A model generated the notes under the pieces. It was not told the DNA's origin and did not search any database. It was given only the letters and a program-made list of their open reading frames with translations. Source: Corallochytrium limacisporum Hawaii (lineage: Eukaryota; Protista; Pluriformea). From it: DNA of 64,000 bases. Both the position numbers and the translations under genes were made by a program. The stretch is from assembly GCA_002811645.1 (NCBI GenBank), contig PDIP01000013.1, positions 61,248 to 125,247 of the forward strand, read 5' to 3'. Position 1 is the stretch's first letter. Each line of letters opens with the position of its first letter. Positions 23,822 to 35,865 of this stretch are shown here, piece by piece.

Positions 23822-25117
23822 TCAATCGCCCTCCTGACCAAACTCTTCTGTGAACTTCGTGTGCATGTCAATGTCGTCCTGACTCACGGACGGGCGCACG
23901 GCGGCCAAAGCAGCCAGCATGTCCCTCTTGCGCACGGGCTGAACATAGAGTTTGTCTCCGGGAATGTCCATCCAGTTCTTCTCGATGGCCTGGGGATCTC
24001 CAGGAGAGCACGGGGTCCAAAGGTCATTGCACGTTTGCTTAGGGTTTGTAGGGTCCGGACCGCTGACCTGCTTGAAATGGGTGGCTTCCTGCAATGCACG
24101 AACGGGCCGCATCAACGCATCACGCACAATGACACCGACGTCGGCACCTGTCATACCCTCGCTTGTGCGACCGAGTTCCCGGAAATCTTCTGCATTCAGC
24201 TCGTGCGGGGTCGAGCCCAGGTGTAGCTCAAACATGCGACCGCGGGCCTCTTCCTGAGGCAGGGGGATGTAAATACGCTTCTCGAAACGACGACGAATGG
24301 CAGAGTCTAGAGACCAGGGCATGTTGGTAGCACCCAGCACCAGGATCTTATCGTTGTCATTGCCTACACCGTTCATCTGGACGAGGAACTCAGTCTTAAT
24401 ACGCCGGGCTGCTTCAGATTCGCCATCGCCACGGCTACCACACAACGAATCAACCTCGTCAATGAAAATGATAGCCGGTCGTGCCTCACGAGCCATCTGG
24501 AACAGGGAGCGCACCAGGCGTTCGGACTCTCCGAGATACTTGGATGTCAAATCTGAGGAGCTGACACTGAAGAAGGTCGCATCGGCTTCCGTTGCAACAG
24601 CCTTGGCAAGGAAACTCTTACCAGTACCGGGAGGTCCGTAGAGCAAGATACCACGCCACGGGGTACGCTTGCCTGTGAAAAGATGTGGGAAACGGATGGG
24701 CATGATCACAGCCTCCTTCAGTGCACTTTTGGCGCCCTCTAGACCCGCGACGTCGCTCCACTTGACGTTCGGTTTCTCCGTAATAATCGCAGACTCCAGC
24801 GCACTGCGAAGCTTCTTGCTATCGTCATCGTCGTCACCGCCGCCTTTCTTACCTCCAGCGTTGCCCTCCGTTGCGACCTGAGCCTTCTTTGGGTTCTCAA
24901 GGTGTTTCTTTAGCTGCTCCGCACGGTCCAGATACTGACCTACCTTTGCCCGGATCGTCTGCTTGCTACGGTCATTCTTCTCATACTTGAGGGCAGTCAT
25001 GAAATACTCCAGGGCATGCTGGTATTTTGTGTATGCAGCTTCGTAGTTACCCGCACGATCTTCTGTCGTGGCTTCATTGACGAGGTCAATGGCCTTTTGT
25101 AAGAAATTTGCGCTCAT
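23822..25117 (-). CDS. VPS4: AAA ATPase Vps4 (MIT + AAA)
   Basis: N-terminal MIT domain, [37 protein letters not shown] and C-terminal FTEEFGQEG. Confidence 0.98.
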   Translation of the reverse strand: MSANFLQKAIDLVNEATTEDRAGNYEAAYTKYQHALEYFMTALKYEKNDRSKQTIRAKVGQYLDRAEQLKKHLENPKKAQVATEGNAGGKKGGGDDDDDSKKLRSALESAIITEKPNVKWSDVAGLEGAKSALKEAVIMPIRFPHLFTGKRTPWRGILLYGPPGTGKSFLAKAVATEADATFFSVSSSDLTSKYLGESERLVRSLFQMAREARPAIIFIDEVDSLCGSRGDGESEAARRIKTEFLVQMNGVGNDNDKILVLGATNMPWSLDSAIRRRFEKRIYIPLPQEEARGRMFELHLGSTPHELNAEDFRELGRTSEGMTGADVGVIVRDALMRPVRALQEATHFKQVSGPDPTNPKQTCNDLWTPCSPGDPQAIEKNWMDIPGDKLYVQPVRKRDMLAALAAVRPSVSQDDIDMHTKFTEEFGQEGD

Positions 25118-27431
25118 CTCTGTACCGTTTGGCGCAACGTTTGTGTGTTATCTTGTGACGTATATGACTCTTTTCCGGCTGTGTTGTGTGTAAAGGTCAC
25201 CTAGTGAAAGCGGGGTTTGCTATTGCATATCGTTTCCGCTCTGCGCCATTTGTAGCAATCTGTACTACTGCACTATACTCCTTTGCCGTTCAACCTTTTT
25301 GTTGATCATGACAAGCAAGTGATCGATAGTGTGGTTGCACTGACCCCTTCTCTTGTACCCGTCCGATCTCACTCAAAACCAAAAACAGCCATACGAGGCT
25401 TCATGACAACAGAAAGATAGTCATCCACTGCATACTATCTGTCGTCTTCTTAGAAACAAAATAAAACAGCAAATACAGTACTTGTGAAGAAATTTCCATT
25501 GTTTTCCAAGGGGGGCTTATCTTCAATCATTTGCGCTGAATGTATGTGTTTCCGCCCGTGCGATGGTGATGAATGATGGGGCGTACAGCGACCTTGGGCA
25601 TCGATTGCTGGTAACGGGCGACGAATTGGGTGTACTGGGAAAAAGCGGGGAGAGCAGTTGGCAGTTGGCAGCGGCAAAAACGGGGAAGGATTGCCTCAGC
25701 GGGAGGGGGTTGCAGTTAATAGTGAATCTATGGATCTCTGCGAATGTTGTGAGGGAAGGGGGACCAGGAGCGTGTTTGTGCTTGGAATTGGGAAAGAAAA
25801 GTTTCGAAAATTTTGCTTCGCGGAGCGGGGAGCAAGCGAGCCCCTTCTGACCCGGGCTCTCAGAAGGCAAAACCCTGCGACAGAGAGGAAAGGGGAGAGC
25901 CGAGCCGGGCACTGTGCAGCAGCAGAAGAGCAGGGGAGGGGGGGGGGCCGGTGTCAAAGCTGTACCACACAAAAAGCACTCGAAATACGGCCGTGTCTCC
26001 CAGAAGGTTCACTGAGGGGGGGGGCAGAGAACAAATAAAATTTCCGTATATATATTCATGCGATACATTCAATTATTACGTATTATAATATCAAGTATTG
26101 ACAAATATTAAACATCCGTATATAAATTCAAAGACTGGCCATTTGTGTACTTGGAATTACGTATTCAGGTGCCGTCCTTTCTCAGCCGCAGCCATTCGGG
26201 CCCCCGAAAACATCACCGATGCGAAATTTTTCTTCAATACTTTCACAATATGCCAGTAAGGCAAGAGTGAAATTAGCCGATGCAGAGAGGGGGGGGGAGG
26301 TCTGCCCGATGGCACCAGACTGCATGCACCACACAATCTTTCCCGAAAGAACTTTGCACAGCTCGGCTGGGCAATGAGGCAATTGGCCCAGGGTTTCCCA
26401 AAACTTTGCCGAAGAGAAAAGATGGGTGAGAAGGGGGCCTCCAGGGGGGTGGGGGGGGAGGAGAGAGGGAGAGGAGACGAAGATTCGGAGGCCAATGTTT
26501 TCGTTCTGAAGAAATTTTCTTCCTTTTTTTTTCTTTTGGGTTTCTAATCGCTATCTCTGCTTCGGTTGATTTTCCTCTCCAACTCAGCTCGGTTGCGTTT
26601 TTTGACAAGTTTCGTTTCCCTATTTTTTTTTTCAAACGGGCCCGTGCCAAAAAGACCTGGCCGCGTTTCGGGCTGACCTCGGTAGTGAGCGCAGGAAGGA
26701 TCTCCAAAGAGGTCGATCTCCCTTTCGTCCGGCACACTTGACTTGGACTGCCGGTCCGGCAAAGACCCGGTAAAATAGACTCCCGTTTGAAATCACAATA
26801 TTTTTGTAAATCCATGTGAAATCACATTGGGAGGGGTGCCTATAATTTTCTTTTCTGACTCCTTCAACCCCTCACCCCCCCCCCTTGCCTTGCAACCGGC
26901 GAACACATTTGGGTTTTGGACGGCCCCCCCCCCCTCACTCCCATCGCTCCCGGTACTTTTATCTGAAACGCCAGCCTGAACGGGGAGAGCCGCACACAGA
27001 CAGAAGGTGGGCGGGGAAGGGGGAGATTGCGAGATTAGCCAGTGAAGACTTATAAATGGGGTCTACCCACACCGCGAGTTCGAAGGATCAGGTAGCGGTG
27101 GCTGTGCGAAGCCTGTCGCCGCGTAGTACGGACTGTGGTTTGATTAGCTGGTTGGCCTTTGCACGGAGCGTGCCACCCCTCCGTTAATTGCTTGTTTGTC
27201 GAAGCCAGATGTGCAAGTGCTGGTAGACAAGACCCGTCTTAAGGCTAACATATGGTGGTGCGATCAGCGTTGGACCAGCTCCTGCGATTGGCTTTGCGGT
27301 TTGACAGTGTATCGGAGGCCAGGGCAAGGTTTAGTAGACAACAAGAACCGGTTTGGAGTCAGAAATTGGGCATTGGAATCGACTCTTAGGTTCCGTAGTT
27401 CTCAGTACTAGTAGGTAAAGAAATTTGTGAT

Positions 27432-28532
27432 ATGGATGTATACAAAGAAGTTCACCGTTCCTTAGCGGACAATGTGGAATACATTTTGTGCTCGAAGAGC
27501 ACTAGTAGTGACCTGGTGCATCTTTGGATCTTTGGCATCGTCCTTTCGATCTGGGGCGCCGTCGTCATGTGCGTGGTTGTGTATATCTACTACAAGGTGA
27601 TATATGGTTCCCCGGGGTGGTTGGCTGGGAAGTCCGTTCTAGTCACAGGGGGAGCGGCGGGCATCGGCCTGGAGATGGTCCATGCCTTCGATCGCTTTGG
27701 CTGTAGTCGAATCCACGTCTGGGACAATAACGAAGAGGCTGTCTTGCGTCTGCAGCGCATGTCACGCTTGCCCAACGGGGCGGAACTCCATGTGAGCATT
27801 GTCGACGTGGGTAACCGGGACGAGGTTGCAAAAGCATCTCAGGATGTGCGGGAGATTGAACGGACACATGCACAGGGATCTTCGTCCTCAACCTCCAAAA
27901 ACAATGATTTTGGCCCGGACGTGATCGTCAACAACGCAGCCATAGCTGTCATTGCACCCTTCCTGGAGCAGACCCCCGAAGCCGTCCGCAAGACGTTCGA
28001 AGTGAATGCGATGGCCCCGTTCTTTGTGCTTCAAGAATTTCTCGGTGCCCTGATCAAGAAGAAGCCGCACGCTGGCGGTGAGGGGTTTATTGTCAACATG
28101 GGATCAGTCCTCGGGTTTATGAGCTTTGCGCGTCTAACCTCGTATAGTGCGACCAAAGCTGCCGTGTGTAACATGCATGAGAGTTTGATGATGGAACTAT
28201 CTGACTATCCTGGAGTTGGGCATCTCTTAGTGGCACCGGCGACTGTGCGGAGTCGAATGTTCCATGGTGCAGCTGACATGCCCTTCTTCCGCAAGATCGA
28301 AGCCCAGGATGTGGCGGAATTAATAGCTTGGCATATAGACCGGCGAGTGAGCGGGACGCTGCCGATACCCCTGATCATGTACACCATACCTATATGGCGA
28401 TCGTTCCCGTGGCATCTGCGTCGTTTTATTGCCAATCTGGTGGGGGCCAACCGTGCTCTGGTACGGGTCAAGGGCAACGTTGGTGCAGAAAACCACGCTG
28501 GCAATGTGCGCCATCATCTGAAGACCAACTAA
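27432..28532 (+). CDS. membrane-anchored short-chain dehydrogenase/reductase (retinol dehydrogenase/17beta-HSD11-like)
   Basis: N-terminal TM helix, TGGAAGIG, NNAA and catalytic YSATK. Confidence 0.9.
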   Translation: MDVYKEVHRSLADNVEYILCSKSTSSDLVHLWIFGIVLSIWGAVVMCVVVYIYYKVIYGSPGWLAGKSVLVTGGAAGIGLEMVHAFDRFGCSRIHVWDNNEEAVLRLQRMSRLPNGAELHVSIVDVGNRDEVAKASQDVREIERTHAQGSSSSTSKNNDFGPDVIVNNAAIAVIAPFLEQTPEAVRKTFEVNAMAPFFVLQEFLGALIKKKPHAGGEGFIVNMGSVLGFMSFARLTSYSATKAAVCNMHESLMMELSDYPGVGHLLVAPATVRSRMFHGAADMPFFRKIEAQDVAELIAWHIDRRVSGTLPIPLIMYTIPIWRSFPWHLRRFIANLVGANRALVRVKGNVGAENHAGNVRHHLKTN

Positions 28533-28699
28533 ACGGAAAGGAATGGAGCACGGGACTGCTCTTCCCAACTATCAAGTTGGCCATTCTGTGTACCAATAGA
28601 ACAATGTATCGAGGTTTAATTGCCGGCATGCTCTTCATTATTAACTTGTTACTACTAAGTTCTCTACGGCGACTTCATCACAGTGTGTCTCATTAACAC

Positions 28700-31042
28700 T
28701 CAATCACTTCCATAGCCACCCTGTGCTTCGACAGCTTCAGCGTCCTCAATATGGCGGATAGCTTGCTTCACTGCGCGGTTCAGGCGCTTTCGATCCTTCT
28801 CGGTGCGGATGCCGGGAATGTTGTCACCAGCTTGGGCTCCCAGGTATTGTCGCATGAAGAGTTTGAGGCCCAGGCGAAGGGTGTCAGTATGTTCACCGGC
28901 CTGCAGTCCCTTTCCAAAGATTTCCTCCTGTTCGCGCAGACCACCGCTGACGTCCTCGACAGTGATGTCCTGGAGTAAGATGGAGGTCAGGCAAATTCGC
29001 AGGAAGAGAGTTTCACGCGCCCTGGTATTAGTCACATCGATGATGCGGACTACGGCCAGGCTGACACCCTTCTTGACCAGGACCAGATGACTTACCAGAC
29101 GGGCCAGGTTACGGATTTGCCGCACATCGCTCTGGTTCAAGACCTTCAGACGATCCCAGAGGGCGTATTGAAATGTGTACTTGAAATCCGTGCTGAGACG
29201 AACAAAACGGGTTAGCAAGACCGCATAATAAGGGTTGAACGATTGCTCCTGTACGCAGCAATCAATGATGACACGAACAATGTCTCTTTGCTGCTCCTTC
29301 TTGAGGCCCATTTTCAGCAATTTCTCAAATGCATCGTTAATGTCATCCGCGCTCATGATGACCGTGAAGATGGCACGACGGATATCAGTCGTCATTCGCT
29401 GTTTCTTTGCAAGTTGCATGATCTTTGCATCGCTTGATGAGCCAGCTTTCTTTTGCTTGCGCATGTCGACTTCATCTTCATCATCGTCGTGGTCATCACC
29501 AACTTGCTTGCCCCTCCATGCGCTACCGACCAGCCACCAACGACCTTTCGCAGGCGCCTCCAGCAGGTCATGCAGCCCCACTGTCATCGGCTCCTGCAGG
29601 TGACCACCAGTACCGCCCTTCTTTTTGGGTCCGCTCGAAGCTAGTTTTCGACGCACTTCCATTACCGTATTTTGAGTTGCACTTGCCTGTTCAAAGATTG
29701 CCGCTTTCTTGGTCCGATTGCGATTGTTCTTGATGTCCTGCAGCAGGTCCATCATGAAGCGAGAACGTGCACTGCTCGTGACATTTTCGTTTGCATCGGC
29801 TACTTTTGTTTGAATTAGCTGTATGATTTCCTTCAGCGCCGCAGGATCGTCCTTACGCAAATTCATACCCACGTTCTGAAGCAGAATGACCACCAATTCG
29901 ATGTCTCGCTCCATCATATTGGACGCAAGTTTTCGTACCACGTCGTAGATCAAATTACAGTTCACCACGTTCAAAATATAAAGGAATGCAAACATAGCCA
30001 CCAGATTACGGCATTTACGTCCGTGGTCGTCCACTTTCTCTTGGTCCTGATCCTCATGGACATGTTGCCATTCTTTCTGAAAGGTATGGGCGAGTGCTTG
30101 AACGAAATGACCCGTGACCTCAAGTCCAATGACATCATGCAACACGGCAAGTGCGCCGGAAAAGTTGAGTAGGAATTTGTCCAGCAAACGACCGGAGTCT
30201 GTGGCCTGACGAAGGATGATATTGGTCAACGCGTGTGACGTGAGAGTCTTGCTGTTGTCGAAGAAGACGGCACAGATTGACTGCATGATGGGTAGCATGT
30301 TCTCATCGCTCAGGCGATTCAACTGACCTCGCAGGAGTTTCTCAAGTCGCAAAATTTCTGCCCGGTCTTTGTCCTCGCCATTCAGTGCAGCCATTCTGCG
30401 ACGCAACGAAGGAGGAACATAACCACCTGTCTTTTCGGGTGGCTGCTTTTTCTCGCTCTTATCCTCGTCTGTGGATTCTTCGCTCTCGTCACTTTCCTCT
30501 CGTATATTTTCCTCTTCAACACCGCTTTCTTGTTCGTCAGACTCCCGACCATCTTCTTCGTCCTCGTCCTCATCATCGTCGCTCTCATTGTTTTTCATTG
30601 CTTCTGCAAACTTTACTTCATGCTTTCTCCGCTTCCATCCCGGCTCCATTGCTTCGTCACTATCGTCTTCATCCTCCATAGAGGATTCAAGGGCGCTTTC
30701 CACGTCACTGAGATCGCTATCCCGATCGTTGTATTCTCCAAGGACCCCCAATATATCGTCCAACCCATCTGCAGTGAACTCCTTCGAGATCTTTTTAGAC
30801 TTAGGATCCAGACCCAATTTTTTGGCTGTTCGATTCAGTACGGCATCGTCCAGCGCATTCTCTCTTGCCAAGGTGGCTTCATCTTTCGCAATGAGATTCT
30901 GATCCTGCAACAGCCGTGAGAAGTTATTGTGCCCCCGCGAGTCGTTGTTGTGATTTCGTTTTCCATGATGGTGCCGTCCATGTCGACGGTCTCGTCCACC
31001 AGATTTTCCGCCAGAGGACGGCCTTTTCCGACCTTTGTACAT
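28700..31042 (-). CDS. NOM1: nucleolar MIF4G/MA3 protein NOM1/Sgd1
   Basis: YVPPSLRRR, GQLNRLSDEN, LRKDDPAAL, KGRWWLVGSAW, MTTDIRRAIF and FNPYY motifs; start set to the ATG at 31042. Confidence 0.93.
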   Translation of the reverse strand: MYKGRKRPSSGGKSGGRDRRHGRHHHGKRNHNNDSRGHNNFSRLLQDQNLIAKDEATLARENALDDAVLNRTAKKLGLDPKSKKISKEFTADGLDDILGVLGEYNDRDSDLSDVESALESSMEDEDDSDEAMEPGWKRRKHEVKFAEAMKNNESDDDEDEDEEDGRESDEQESGVEEENIREESDESEESTDEDKSEKKQPPEKTGGYVPPSLRRRMAALNGEDKDRAEILRLEKLLRGQLNRLSDENMLPIMQSICAVFFDNSKTLTSHALTNIILRQATDSGRLLDKFLLNFSGALAVLHDVIGLEVTGHFVQALAHTFQKEWQHVHEDQDQEKVDDHGRKCRNLVAMFAFLYILNVVNCNLIYDVVRKLASNMMERDIELVVILLQNVGMNLRKDDPAALKEIIQLIQTKVADANENVTSSARSRFMMDLLQDIKNNRNRTKKAAIFEQASATQNTVMEVRRKLASSGPKKKGGTGGHLQEPMTVGLHDLLEAPAKGRWWLVGSAWRGKQVGDDHDDDEDEVDMRKQKKAGSSSDAKIMQLAKKQRMTTDIRRAIFTVIMSADDINDAFEKLLKMGLKKEQQRDIVRVIIDCCVQEQSFNPYYAVLLTRFVRLSTDFKYTFQYALWDRLKVLNQSDVRQIRNLARLVSHLVLVKKGVSLAVVRIIDVTNTRARETLFLRICLTSILLQDITVEDVSGGLREQEEIFGKGLQAGEHTDTLRLGLKLFMRQYLGAQAGDNIPGIRTEKDRKRLNRAVKQAIRHIEDAEAVEAQGGYGSD

Positions 31043-31731
31043 GACTGATCTGCTGGCACGCAACTACATTTCGTTACGAGTTTCTTATTGCCCAGGGTCT
31101 TTCTGGTGCACCAATCGTTCAGGTCCACAGCTCTGGGTCATGTGTGAATACCAACCGATTCCATCCTCAAATAAGATTGCATACGTTCTGGACCTTACAA
31201 TCGTCGAAGGAAACTTATCAAAATGAAAACGTAGCGAAAATTGCCACCTTCGTGTCACCTTCGTCCCCAGAGACCCGCGTGACTGTGCCGGGGAGGGGCC
31301 GACCTACCCGCCCCCCAAACCCCCCCGCGCGGTGATTACCATTGGTAGGGTGGCAGGGATCGGGAGTCCAGTTTCTATCGCATCAAAAACTGCCTCGTTC
31401 TTGCGTAGGGGATTCTGCGCAAGTACGGGAGAGTCGCCGTTGTTTTCCGCCTCCTGTATTCCTGATGTTCCCTGTCAGCGAGCAAGCGCTGCAGTGGGTT
31501 TGGACGGGGGTCCCGGGGGCTCAACGATCCGGTAACAAGAGTCAGTGGTTAGGCGAAGGATAATTTCTTCCCTTCCGTTAGTCTCATGCCAATATGAAGA
31601 TAGGAGATCGATGATGTAACATTTCACTGGCCCATTACTGTTCAAAAAGGTAGAAATGGGTGCCCTACATTGACGTTCTAGTTCATATAAGGCCGGTCCA
31701 TGCCTGGGTAGAAATCGAAGACACGAGAAAG

Positions 31732-33249
31732 ATGGTGGGAACGTACCATTCAGTTGCCATGGCTCTGTGCCTTGCAGCTACTTCTGTGGCTGGACAACAT
31801 GTGGAAAGACACTACGAACAGTGCTCCAAGTCACACTTCACCGAGGCAATTTCAACATCCGTTGCGGCGGCTCCGCTGCACAACAAGGTCGCTATCATTG
31901 GCGCGGGCATGGCGGGATCGTCGGCCCTGTACACACTGACCAAAGATGAACGGTTCCTGAATGCACCATCCGAGGTGCATGTTTTTGAGCGGAATGATCG
32001 TCTTGGAGGCCGTGTAATGGAGTTCGACTTTGAGGGCGTTCAAGTCGAAGCGGGAGCTTCCATTGTAGCGTCGGTCAATGAGCTGTTCGGCAACTACACT
32101 GAGGAGCTTGGACTCAAGAAGGCGCCACCTTTTGGGCCGGACAAAGAACTTTTTGCTGTGTGGGACGGGGCAGACTTTCGTTTTGAGGAGTCTGAGTCTT
32201 CATGGTGGACAGATGCGAAGATTGTTGTGCGATATGGTTTTACACCGCTGTATGTACAGCGGGATGTCCCTAAGGTAGCGACAAAGTTTGCAAAGTTCTA
32301 TGACATGATGCCGATGACCGATGTCATGCAAGCTCTCGATGATGCCGAGCTTACCAGCCTGAGCGACGAATCCATGGAGATGTACCGAAAGGAAAGGAAA
32401 TGGGACTCTCGATTCTTTGACGAGATTGTAGTTGGCATCACGCGAACCAACTACATGCAAGGACTAACCATGAGTGCTCTGGGTGCCATGGTTGCGCTCT
32501 GTGGTTCTGGCAGCGAACTGTACGCTTTAGATGGGGGCAATAGCCAACTGAGCGAACACATGGTCCAGGCTGGCCTGGATGCCCTGAATGATCCGAACAA
32601 CAAGAGTAGTGGTAGTCTCCATCTTAACAGCCACGTAGTTGACATCTCCTTCAACGCCGACCGCAATATCACAGTCCGTTGGACTGATACTACAACAAAT
32701 CAGACCTCATCAAGCACGTTCACCGATGTTGTGATCACTGTGCCCCTGGAGACAGCAGACATCAACATTACGGGTCTGGCTGACCAACAGTTGGCCGACG
32801 ACCTCTTTGCCACGCGGCGCGATTTTGTTTCAATGTACACCACTTTCGTGCGTGGCAATTTGAACCCGAAGTATTTTGGAAAGACCAAGGAGAATGAACT
32901 GCCGTCCAGCTATTTAACAATGGATCTTCCCGGCGAAGATTTCCATTCGCTCAGCCAACTGACCAACAAACGTTCCGATGACAATACGGCCGTCTTCAAA
33001 ATATTCTCTATTGACCATCCCCAGGACTCTGGTCTGCTAGACCGTTTGTTCAGCAAGGTGGTGAACTCTACTGTTGTCGAATGGGAACCTTATCCTTGGC
33101 TGCGGGTCAGTGCACGTGCACCCCCGATCGTGCTCGGCAATGGTCTGTACTACGCCATGGGCTTCGAGACCTTTTTCAGTGCCATGGAAGTGGCTCTGCT
33201 GGAAGGTACAAACATTGCCCATGTCCTCCTGCAAGCAATGTATGGTTGA
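31732..33249 (+). CDS. PCYOX1: prenylcysteine oxidase/lyase
   Basis: Signal peptide, VAIIGAGMAGSS FAD motif, RLGGRV, VEAGASI, GGNSQL and C-terminal FETFFSAMEV. Confidence 0.88.
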   Translation: MVGTYHSVAMALCLAATSVAGQHVERHYEQCSKSHFTEAISTSVAAAPLHNKVAIIGAGMAGSSALYTLTKDERFLNAPSEVHVFERNDRLGGRVMEFDFEGVQVEAGASIVASVNELFGNYTEELGLKKAPPFGPDKELFAVWDGADFRFEESESSWWTDAKIVVRYGFTPLYVQRDVPKVATKFAKFYDMMPMTDVMQALDDAELTSLSDESMEMYRKERKWDSRFFDEIVVGITRTNYMQGLTMSALGAMVALCGSGSELYALDGGNSQLSEHMVQAGLDALNDPNNKSSGSLHLNSHVVDISFNADRNITVRWTDTTTNQTSSSTFTDVVITVPLETADINITGLADQQLADDLFATRRDFVSMYTTFVRGNLNPKYFGKTKENELPSSYLTMDLPGEDFHSLSQLTNKRSDDNTAVFKIFSIDHPQDSGLLDRLFSKVVNSTVVEWEPYPWLRVSARAPPIVLGNGLYYAMGFETFFSAMEVALLEGTNIAHVLLQAMYG

Positions 33250-33353
33250 ATCCAGAATTGTCAGCTGGGTGTTTGTAACGCATCGGACTACATCTATACT
33301 CTATGAAACTTGTACCACAACTCTAGATCAAACAAATTTACTAAACCTCTTGC

Positions 33354-34466
33354 TCAGATCAAGTTAGTTTTCGCGAGATGGAACTTGATCACAATGTCGG
33401 TAGCTGAATCGAGGACCTTCTCCATCACCTTTGTGTCCGTGGCCACCGTGTGGTGAATGTAGAGCTGCTTGTGGCTCGATGCATTCTTCCCAGTGCCACT
33501 GCCTGCAGTGGCAATTTGTTGCAGTGCCTGCTCAATGTATTCCAGCACCGCGGCACTGCCGCGGTTGTCGAGGTCCACAAAGTTTGGAAAATATTTGCTG
33601 AATTTCTTGTTGACCCTATCGATCTTCTCTTCAAGGAGATCAATCTTATTCATGAAGGCAATGACACTGACATTGCTGAGCCAACGATTATCCCAGATGG
33701 TCTTGAAAAGCAGAATGGCATCGCTCAAGCGGTTCTGAGTGGTGTCCTCGGCAAGCATCTGATCGAATTCAGATGTGGCCAGTAGATAGACAATGGCAGT
33801 GACTTCGCCAAAGTAGTGAATCCACTTGCGTCTTGCACTGCGCTGCCCGCCGACATCGATGACCATGAATGGTACATTCTTCACCTCAAAATGCTGCTCT
33901 ACGATGCCGGTGGTCCGTTTACGGATGCGCAGAATTTCCTCATCCGTCAGTATGTGGTCAGGCTTGGAAACGATTTGAATCCGGTCCGCGAAGAACGCAT
34001 ACGCTTCATTAATCTGAAACAGATGTCGATTCTTCCAAATTTGTTGTATGGCCCTGCTCTTCCACAACATCTCAATACAGTCCCACATCTTAGGATCACC
34101 AAACAATTTCTTGTGGTCTTCGTAGTCGGCTACATCGGATATTTCGGCATAGTCAAAATAGTTTGCTGCCATTTCCTCCGGCTCGGAGTCTAGCGGCAGG
34201 TTATGCTCCCTTAAACCTGAAACTAACTTACAAGTTGTGTGAAGCAGGAACACATAAAGTTCTCCTTTGTACGTTTCCCGATCTTCGGCACTGAACCCGG
34301 CCCCATGTAAGAGTTGCATCTGTTTCAGAACCGTGCTCTTTCCACTCTCACCAGGACCGAGCAACAGGAGCTTCCGCTCTCGACGTGCCTCATCGTAGTC
34401 CTTTTTCATTTGCCGGGCAAGGGCCTTGTCCCTTTCTGACATTCGATTAATGCCGCAACAAGCCAT
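33354..34466 (-). CDS. heterotrimeric G protein alpha subunit (Gq/G12-like)
   Basis: GPGESGKST, RKRTTGI, DVGGQRS, NKID and ATDT motifs; the N-terminus MACC has palmitoylation Cys residues and no Gly2, as in Gq. Confidence 0.95.
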   Translation of the reverse strand: MACCGINRMSERDKALARQMKKDYDEARRERKLLLLGPGESGKSTVLKQMQLLHGAGFSAEDRETYKGELYVFLLHTTCKLVSGLREHNLPLDSEPEEMAANYFDYAEISDVADYEDHKKLFGDPKMWDCIEMLWKSRAIQQIWKNRHLFQINEAYAFFADRIQIVSKPDHILTDEEILRIRKRTTGIVEQHFEVKNVPFMVIDVGGQRSARRKWIHYFGEVTAIVYLLATSEFDQMLAEDTTQNRLSDAILLFKTIWDNRWLSNVSVIAFMNKIDLLEEKIDRVNKKFSKYFPNFVDLDNRGSAAVLEYIEQALQQIATAGSGTGKNASSHKQLYIHHTVATDTKVMEKVLDSATDIVIKFHLAKTNLI

Positions 34467-35865
34467 CTTTCTCTGACTTGATGATATGGATTTATGGCAC
34501 TACTTGATCATAATCGGTTTCGTGAGCATAGGGTGATATCATCACGATATTCCTTCTCCAACGCTGATGTGTGTATTGCTGATGTGGATAAGATCGTTGA
34601 TCGCATGACATACCTTAGCGACCACTGAACACATTGTTCAAATCCGGTATCGGCTGCAGGAAACCCCGACTTTATCTTTACACACTTAGGGACAAAACCA
34701 CCGACACCAAGAAAACGCCACGGACTCTCTATTTTCCTTGTTTTGCCTGCGCCCTTGGTCTCCGGTATGTGCTTTGTATTCTTCCGTCCACTGGTCTCCG
34801 TGACCGCCACGGCCCTCACACCCTACCCCGCGTCGCCGAGAGAAAGTTTGGGTAGACAAGGTCGAAATGAGAGAAGGAAGGGGGGCGGACAAAGAATTAG
34901 CGTAGGTCAGGAAGTATGGGGTTGCGCTGGGCGATCTGGGCTCCCCCCCCCCGGCCAGCTTGCCTTTGGTTACCGCGTCCCTACGGCTCGCTCTAGCCGG
35001 ACCGGCGCTCAGCCAAAATCTCACTACTCAGTCTCTCCATGGTTTTTTCATCGATTTTCCGTCTTTGGGCCAACTTTTCCCTTCCTTCCGTTGACTACGG
35101 GAGACCCCCTCCTCCCTCCATTCCAATTTTTCGCTGCACATTCTGTACCAGAGAAGTTCGGGAGGAGGGGGTATCGATGTGCCCGATGGACTTTAGGTCT
35201 CTCCAGATTTTAAGCATGTAGGGTGAATACACCAGCCAGCCAACCCATACTGAAATCATATGGATTGGCTAAACCGTTGATTTCTCTCCCTCTCTATATA
35301 TATGTATTTTTACCCCAAATTGATTCATCAGACACTCCTTTCTTCGACGTTGTGCGGGGGGGGCCTCGGTTCCCCTCGCCCTCGGACAAGGGGGGTGCTC
35401 TGGTATCTTTCAAATTCGAATCAATACTGAGCAAATCAGCGAAATCACTGCGCAAGTTTGATTTCCATTGGGAGAAGCGATTCGTAAACCTTTTTTTTTG
35501 GCCGGCCGGTACCTTTCGGTCCCGTAGCGCCGATTTCTTAATCATGAGCAGATCAATACTCATTCCGCATTCAAAGGGCAGTAGGGGACGTGCGTAGTGT
35601 TTGGGTCTCCCTGCCTTGGTGCTGTACTTTTTTTCTTTTTTTTTTTTCGCCCGCCACGCACCGTGGAACCGCGAAAGGTTTGATAGGGCAGTCTCCTTTC
35701 CGCTTGGCGTGGACATCAGGCGCCAGCCTGGAGAGTGTATTCGACTGATCTGGTAGTTCTAGAGTTGCGTCGTTGGCAAGCAGCTACTGATCTTTAAAAA
35801 TCCATCGAAACGATACAGAGCACAGTTCATCATGATCCGAGGGTTGTCATAGCCATGGTTCCGGG

